Of a DNA stretch of 37,564 nucleotides, positions 32,755 to 37,564 are shown piece after piece (the first letter of the stretch is position 1; each line of letters starts with the position of its first letter). Below the pieces are notes generated by a model, which worked only from the letters and a program-made list of their open reading frames with translations, was not told the DNA's origin and ran no database searches. This DNA comes from Candidatus Pacearchaeota archaeon. GTDB taxonomy: Archaea > Nanobdellota > Nanobdellia > Pacearchaeales > GW2011-AR1. Position numbers and translations under genes: made by a program. Location: assembly GCA_041679005.1 (NCBI GenBank), contig JBAYNB010000001.1, positions 1-37,564 on the forward strand, read 5' to 3'.

Positions 32755-33693
32755 TTATTTTTCTTTCTTTTTAATTGCTTTTTGTTCAGCTTCTTTAAGC
32801 TTTAGTTTTTCTTCTAATCCTAATTTTTCTAAAAGCTCTTTATATCTATTTCTTATTGTAACTTCTGTAATTCCTGCAACATCTGCAACTTCTCTTTGTG
32901 TCTTTTTTTCATTGTTTAATAAAGCAGCAACATAAAGTCCTGCTGCAGAAATTCCTGCAGGACCTCTTCCTGAAGTTAATTCACTTCCTTCTGCTTTTTT
33001 AAGGATTTTAAGTGCTTCATTTTGTGTTTTTGGACTTAGTTTTAATACTGAAGCAAATCTATTTATATAATCTTTAGGAGAGCTTGGAGTAACTTTTATT
33101 CCTAGTTTTCTTATTATAAATCTATAAGTTCTTCCTATTTCTTTTCTTTCAACATCTGAAGCTACTGAAATCTCATCAAGAGTTCTTGGAATGTTGTAAG
33201 AACGACAGGCTGCATAAATACAAGCTGCAATTACAGATTCCATTGAACGACCTCTTACAAGTCCTCTTTGTAAAACAAATTGATAAATTCTTGAAGATTC
33301 GTCTTTTACAACTTCAGGTAGATTAAGGAAACTTGCAACTCTTCTTAGTTCTGCCATAGCAAGTCTTAAATTTCTTTCAATAGAAGTTGAAACTCTTTCT
33401 TGCCATTTTTTTAATCTTAAAAATTTTCTTGTTGCACCAGCATCTAGTCTATAAATATCAGAAATTTCACCAACATTTGTTGTAAGCCCTTTGTCGAACT
33501 TTTGCATTGACATTGGAGCTCCTCCTCTTCCTTTTTTTTCATCACCATCAAAACTTCCTTGAAGTTCTTGACTTGTATCAACCATTTTTTCTTCAACAAC
33601 TGTTCCACAATCATTACAGAAAACTTCTCCTCGCTGTTCATCCCAGGTGAGGTTTATTCCTCCACACTCAGGACATCTTTTAACTCCTGCCAT
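32755..33693 (-). CDS. tfb: Transcription initiation factor IIB (TFB)
   Basis: N-terminal Zn ribbon (CPECGG...CNDCG), B-finger/linker and two cyclin-fold repeats (RGRSMESVIAACIYAACR; GRGPAGISAAGLYVAA), with a K/E-rich tail. Confidence 0.9.
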   Translation of the reverse strand: MAGVKRCPECGGINLTWDEQRGEVFCNDCGTVVEEKMVDTSQELQGSFDGDEKKGRGGAPMSMQKFDKGLTTNVGEISDIYRLDAGATRKFLRLKKWQERVSTSIERNLRLAMAELRRVASFLNLPEVVKDESSRIYQFVLQRGLVRGRSMESVIAACIYAACRSYNIPRTLDEISVASDVERKEIGRTYRFIIRKLGIKVTPSSPKDYINRFASVLKLSPKTQNEALKILKKAEGSELTSGRGPAGISAAGLYVAALLNNEKKTQREVADVAGITEVTIRNRYKELLEKLGLEEKLKLKEAEQKAIKKKEK

Positions 33694-33838
33694 AGTAACC
33701 TTTATAAACTTTATGCAAGAAGGTTTATAAAGCTTTGGGTGGGTTTGATGATTTACCGACGAGACTTAATTTTACACTTTTTTCTTAATTATTGAGTAAG
33801 AATAAATTATTTTACCGATGATTAACTCATGATTTTGA

Positions 33839-33979
33839 TTAATCTATCATAGCATAACCATGACCTTCATGCCTATGATTTTCTAATTTTTTATTTAAAG
33901 ACTTAATTTCTTGCTCAAGAATTTTTAGTCTCTCTTCAATTTCTTTTAACTTATCTTTATCTGGATTTTTAGTTTCCAT
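33839..33979 (-). CDS. Possible small coiled-coil protein (46 aa), hypothetical
   Basis: Not in the ORF track. My translation is METKNPDKDKLKEIEERLKILEQEIKSLNKKLENHRHEGHGYAMID. The ATG is 4 nt downstream of the S8e stop on the same strand. It could be non-coding. Confidence 0.3.
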   Translation of the reverse strand: METKNPDKDKLKEIEERLKILEQEIKSLNKKLENHRHEGHGYAMID

Positions 33980-33983
33980 AGAA

Positions 33984-34352
33984 TTATTCTTTTATTAAAA
34001 CTGCCTGAACACTTCCTTCTTGGCTTGGTCTATTTGTTACTCTTGCTTTTCCTAATTCTGTTTTTATTATTGCTCCCTTAACTAAGATATTTTGTCTTGC
34101 TAAGAATCTGTCTGAAGGAGTTTCTAAAACATTTAGAATTTTAACTTTCTTTGCTTTTTTAGTTTCAATGTTAATTATATTTGCAAATTCTACTGATAGT
34201 AAAACTGTTTTTTTATTTCCACCTCTACCTTTAATTATTTTTTTCTTTAGAGGTCTAAGTTTAACTTTTCTTGGAATTCCTGCTAGAGAATATTTTTTCT
34301 TTTTCATAAAGCTTTTATATTTCCCGCCAGTTATTTTTCTTCCTTGTTTCAT
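33984..34352 (-). CDS. rps8e: 30S ribosomal protein S8e
   Basis: MKQGRKITGGKY..., GGNKK and NILVKGAIIKTELGKARVTNRPSQEGSVQAVLI. Confidence 0.85.
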   Translation of the reverse strand: MKQGRKITGGKYKSFMKKKKYSLAGIPRKVKLRPLKKKIIKGRGGNKKTVLLSVEFANIINIETKKAKKVKILNVLETPSDRFLARQNILVKGAIIKTELGKARVTNRPSQEGSVQAVLIKE

Positions 34353-34373
34353 AAGGATTTATTGAAAATTCCA

Positions 34374-34381
34374 TTTATAAA
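34374..34381. promoter_or_regulatory. Palindromic TATA box TTTATAAA, 21 nt upstream of the S8e ATG
   Basis: Spacing rule. Being palindromic, it could also fire rightwards toward the hairpin at 34418-34445. Confidence 0.55.
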
Positions 34382-34626
34382 TGTTATGGGTTGGAGATAA
34401 TGTATAACTTACACATAAACTTGAGTTGGCGAAGCCACTCAAGTTCTTTTTCTTTAGATATCTGGTAAACTTTTTTAGATTTGTTTTTTATGTCTTGAAT
34501 TTTAGATATGATTAATATTTTGATTAAGACTATGCAATATCTATAAGAAAATAAATTCAGATTAGATTTATCTTTCTGAATTTATGATTAAATTATTTTT
34601 TACTTTATAATTTAAACATCGAAATG

Positions 34627-34634
34627 TTTAAATA
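34627..34634 (+). promoter_or_regulatory. TATA box (tttaaata), 21 nt before the Sm-protein ATG, embedded in a 9-bp inverted repeat (tttaaacat-cgaa-atgtttaaa, 34612-34633)
   Basis: Read directly from the sequence. Confidence 0.5.
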
Positions 34635-34655
34635 GCCATTAGGTGAATTTGTTTT

Positions 34656-34895
34656 ATGGTTAATGGAATAGAAAGACCACTAGATGTGTTGAACAATGCC
34701 AAGGGTAAAGAGGTATTAGTTCAACTGAAGAACAACCGACAGATGGTTGGAACTCTTCTAGCATTTGATATACACATCAATGTTGTATTAGATAATGCAA
34801 AAGAGATTGTAGACGGAGAAAACAGAAGAAGTATTGGTTTAACCTTTTTAAGGGGAGACACAATAATCTTTATTTCACCTTCTAGTGCGGCTTAA
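34656..34895 (+). CDS. Sm-like (LSm/SmAP) RNA-binding protein
   Basis: Sm1/Sm2 motifs: RPLDVLNNAKGKEVLVQLKNNRQMVGTLLAFDIHINVVLDNAKE...TFLRGDTIIFISP. Confidence 0.9.
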   Translation: MVNGIERPLDVLNNAKGKEVLVQLKNNRQMVGTLLAFDIHINVVLDNAKEIVDGENRRSIGLTFLRGDTIIFISPSSAA

Positions 34896-35491
34896 TTAAA
34901 AAAGAAAATTTGAGTGTTAGACCTGTTTAGTTTCACACGGTTGATATTTCTCAAGAAATTAGAGATAGCTGGAAGCTTGAGGGAACTTAGAAATATTAAT
35001 TTTTAAATTAAGCAAAACAAGTTTAAGCTTAATTTTCTATTTAGTTTAATAGTGTGTAAATTTTAATCTTTAAGTTTTATTATCTTTATAGTTTGAGAAT
35101 GAATTTCAAAACTTGAAAAATATAAGCCATAACTGGTAGAAACTACAAAATATTAACAAGTTGGTTTCTTTTTTAGTATACAAATCTTTAAAAATTAAGG
35201 ATAATTCTTTTTATTATTGGATTAAATTCTTTTTTAGCAAGAAGAGAGTTAAGAAAAATTCTGGAAAAAAAGCAGGCGGATTTAACATTAGAAGATAAGT
35301 CTAATTTTTATTTAAATAAAGCTTATCTTTTAAACCAGACACTTTATTCCTCTCATCAAGATAGAATAGACTCTAAAAAAAGAACAGCTGCATTAGAAGC
35401 TTTAAAATATTATGTTTTAACTGGAAAAGAATATAAACTTACTCTTCAAGTGAGCCTAGGATAATTTATTTAATTTCCTATAAAAAATGTC

Positions 35492-36397
35492 TTAGATTTC
35501 TAATGTCATAAAATCTTTAGCAATTGATACATTGCTGAAATACTTTTTTGCTTGTTTTTCAAGTTCTGCTGATTTATTCTCGTATCTCTGAGAAATATGA
35601 GTTAGAATTAATTTTTTAACTTTTGATTTTCTTGCAATTTCTCCTGCTTGTTTTACTGCAAGATGTCCATATTCTTCAGCTAGTTTTGTTTCATTTTCAT
35701 CATAAGTAGAATCAATTATTGCTAAATCTGAGTCTTTTGCTAAATTATTCGCATTTTTGCAGACTCCTGTATCAAAGATAAAAGATATTTTTTTACCTGT
35801 TTGTTTGTAAGTGAGGTCTTTATATTTTATTAATTTTTTATTAATAGTTATATTTTTACCTTTTATTAAATCTTTGAGTTTAACTTTTTCTTCTCTTGAA
35901 AGTTTTAATTTTTTTAGTTTATTTTTATCTATTCTTAATTTATCTTTTTCCTCAAAAGTATAACCATTACAAGGAGCATCTCCATGACTTAGTGCTAGTG
36001 CTGAAATTTTAAAATCTTCTGTTTCTAAAAATTTTCCAGAGACTTCCTGTACATTTACAGATATTTTTTTAAATGGAACAAAAAATCTGAATAATTCATG
36101 AATATATTCTTTTGTTCCTTTTGGTCCATATATACAAAGAGTTTTATTGTATCCATTTAATGCAAGAGTTTGGAATAATCCTGGAAGTCCTAAGACATGA
36201 TCTCCGTGCCAGTGAGTTATTAATAATCTTGTTAAACTACAAGGATTTATTCTTGCTATTCTTAGTTGTCTTTGAGTTCCTTCTCCACAATCAATTAGAA
36301 TATTTTCTCCATTACGCTGTAAAAAAATTGAAGTATGATTTCTTTCAATAGTTGGAACTACTGCAGTTGTGCCTAAGAAAGTTATTTTTATCCCCAT
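35492..36397 (-). CDS. rnz: Ribonuclease Z (tRNA 3' endonuclease, metallo-beta-lactamase fold)
   Basis: MGIKITFLGTTAVVPT, the HWHGDH motif and C-terminal LILTHIS. Confidence 0.85.
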   Translation of the reverse strand: MGIKITFLGTTAVVPTIERNHTSIFLQRNGENILIDCGEGTQRQLRIARINPCSLTRLLITHWHGDHVLGLPGLFQTLALNGYNKTLCIYGPKGTKEYIHELFRFFVPFKKISVNVQEVSGKFLETEDFKISALALSHGDAPCNGYTFEEKDKLRIDKNKLKKLKLSREEKVKLKDLIKGKNITINKKLIKYKDLTYKQTGKKISFIFDTGVCKNANNLAKDSDLAIIDSTYDENETKLAEEYGHLAVKQAGEIARKSKVKKLILTHISQRYENKSAELEKQAKKYFSNVSIAKDFMTLEI

Positions 36398-36495
36398 CTT
36401 TTATACGGTTTTAATAAGGATTGTTTGTTTAAATAGGTTTTCAAGCAGGTTGTCTTCTAAGGAAGTTTTAAAAACAAGGGACAATTAATAATATT

Positions 36496-37224
36496 ATGAA
36501 GAATAGTGCTGTTTTGGGTTTGATATTTTTGTTATCTGTGGGTTTTTTAGCTGGGCTTGTTTGTGCTGAAAAAATTGAGATTCAGATGGAAAATAGTTAT
36601 GTTCCTGGAGAAGATGTTAGTTTTAAACTTATTTTATATGATGACCAGAATAATAAAATAGACGGGCAAATTAGTTATTTTGTTCAAAATTATTATTCTG
36701 AGGTAGTTGAACAAGGGATATCTAATTCTGATAAGGAAGTTGTTTTCAAACTTCCTGAAAATGCTATACAAGGGCCTTGGAAGGTTAGTGCAAAGTATAA
36801 TGAAGTAGAGGCTGGTCTTTTATTTAATGTAGGAGAATTAGAATTAGCAGATATAAAATTAGAAGGAGATACTTTAGTATTAAAAAACATAGGAAATAGT
36901 GTTTATGATAAAAAAATTTTGATTTACATTGGTACAGAAGACCAAACTGCTGATATTACTTTAGAAGTTGGACAGGAGAAAAGAATAAGATTGACTGCTC
37001 CTGATGGTAACTATAATATTAAAGTTATTGAAGGAAATGAAGAAAAAACAATTGAATTCAATGATGTACCTTTAACTGGTAATGTTGTTGGATTAGAAAG
37101 GGTGTTGAATACTACTAGTGGGTTTTGGCAAAGATATCCTCTTGTTTCTTTATTCTTAGGAGCTTTGTTATTAGTGATTGTTATTGTTGGAATATTGAAG
37201 TTTATTAATCGTAAATCTCATTAG
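36496..37224 (+). CDS. Surface protein with N-terminal signal peptide and C-terminal TM anchor, hypothetical
   Basis: AVLGLIFLLSVGFLAGLVCA at the N-terminus and YPLVSLFLGALLLVIVIVGILKFINRKSH at the C-terminus. A TATA box at 36467-36474 lies 21 nt upstream. Confidence 0.7.
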   Translation: MKNSAVLGLIFLLSVGFLAGLVCAEKIEIQMENSYVPGEDVSFKLILYDDQNNKIDGQISYFVQNYYSEVVEQGISNSDKEVVFKLPENAIQGPWKVSAKYNEVEAGLLFNVGELELADIKLEGDTLVLKNIGNSVYDKKILIYIGTEDQTADITLEVGQEKRIRLTAPDGNYNIKVIEGNEEKTIEFNDVPLTGNVVGLERVLNTTSGFWQRYPLVSLFLGALLLVIVIVGILKFINRKSH

Positions 37225-37410
37225 TTTTTATGTTTGTTTTGATTTAGTTTATCTCTTATTTGTGTTTATCTTTGCTTAAACTAATGGTAATCTTTATATT
37301 TATTTACCTTTATTCTTATTTATTTAAACTTCTTTGTATGTATGGAGAAGATTTATAAATCAAGAGATATTAATTGTTATTGATTATTTTAGAAAAAGGG
37401 TGATAAAAAA

Positions 37411-37557
37411 ATGCAAAAAAAGGTGACTTTGAGTTTTGATGATAGGATTTATGAAAAATTTCAGAAGTTTTGTCAAGAAAATGGTTTAATGCTTTCTAGA
37501 AAAATTGAAATTGAGATGGAAAACTTGATGAAAAAAGAAAAAGGGGAGAAAAAATGA
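37411..37557 (+). CDS. Ribbon-helix-helix (CopG-like) protein, 48 aa
   Basis: Not in the ORF track. My translation is MQKKVTLSFDDRIYEKFQKFCQENGLMLSRKIEIEMENLMKKEKGEKK. A GGGTGA Shine-Dalgarno lies 8 nt upstream. There is an ATGA overlap with the next ORF. Confidence 0.55.
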   Translation: MQKKVTLSFDDRIYEKFQKFCQENGLMLSRKIEIEMENLMKKEKGEKK

Positions 37558-37564
37558 ATAAAAA
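37554..37564 (+). CDS. Start of an unknown gene, 3'-truncated by the window edge (MNK...)
   Basis: ATG overlapping the RHH stop (ATGA). Only 11 nt are visible. Confidence 0.25.

Noticed and set aside
33741-33838. A possible C/D-box sRNA upstream of tfb, with TGATGA-like boxes at about 33746 and 33819.
   Set aside because: No CTGA D or D' boxes occur at the required spacing, and there is no terminal stem.
34896-35191. The ~300-nt gene-free stretch after the Sm gene was inspected for RNase P RNA, SRP RNA or a ribozyme.
   Set aside because: It is uniformly AT-rich with only short (8 bp or less) hairpins. It has no GC-rich helices or conserved motifs that I can recognise, so I cannot support any RNA gene call.
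10135-36890. Remaining short overlapping ORFs from the track: 10135-10341, 14042-14242, 14526-14720, 15138-15389, 15622-15888, 17136-17354, 18399-18656, 18780-19097, 19302-19493, 22007-22321, 28026-28217, 31285-31491, 33444-33641, 33559-33795, 34168-34365, 36112-36351 and 36693-36890.
   Set aside because: Each lies antisense to, or out of frame within, a gene with strong family signatures. Several are F/L/S-rich mirror images of K/E-rich coding sequence, for example 22007-22321 opposite the S3Ae tail.
1-37564. I checked for signs of an alternative genetic code or in-frame stop readthrough in the long ORFs.
   Set aside because: All long genes are uninterrupted under the standard code and end at TAA, TAG or TGA. 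There is no pattern suggesting reassignment.

Overview
The window is very AT-rich (GC not computed) and reads as an archaeal chromosome segment. By gene content and style it looks DPANN-like (Nanoarchaeota, Woesearchaeota or Pacearchaeota type); that assignment is inference. Archaeal housekeeping genes present: TFB, SRP54, FtsY, aIF2-alpha, ribosomal proteins S15, S27e, S3Ae, L44e and S8e, an Sm-like protein, RNase Z, Ndk, Bud32, a GINS51-like subunit, a RecJ/GAN-like DHH nuclease and endonuclease Q. Four intron-less tRNA genes without encoded CCA are present: Gln-UUG, Thr-UGU, Val-GAC and Leu-UAG. Two large accessory loci encode secreted or cell-surface proteins. Locus A (1-9660) has five co-directional genes with LamG, beta-helix, PKD and cysteine-rich lectin-like modules. 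Locus B (23754-31706) has an RHH regulator, a 629-aa protein with a pilin-type signal, a small Cys protein and a 1911-aa orphan giant protein. I found no rRNA, CRISPR array, cas gene, transposase, integrase or reverse transcriptase. The observations I rank highest:
1. Two tRNA genes (Thr, Leu) are each followed by a hairpin-rich cassette of about 120 nt, bracketed by a direct repeat of the tRNA 3' end. The Thr cassette is tandemly duplicated. These may be miniature tRNA-targeting integrative elements or trailer-encoded RNAs.
2. A similar direct-repeat-flanked 97-nt insertion duplicates the first 18 nt of the GINS-like gene and creates an upstream mini-ORF.
3. An 8-nt TATA box sits a strikingly constant 21-23 nt before both ATG codons and mature tRNA 5' ends. 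This implies leaderless mRNAs and leaderless tRNAs, as reported for Nanoarchaeum.
4. The RHH/pilin-like/giant-protein surface locus has no recognisable family assignment.
5. A RelE-like toxin-antitoxin pair is packed directly upstream of bud32.
All family calls come from motif recognition by eye. No database search was run.
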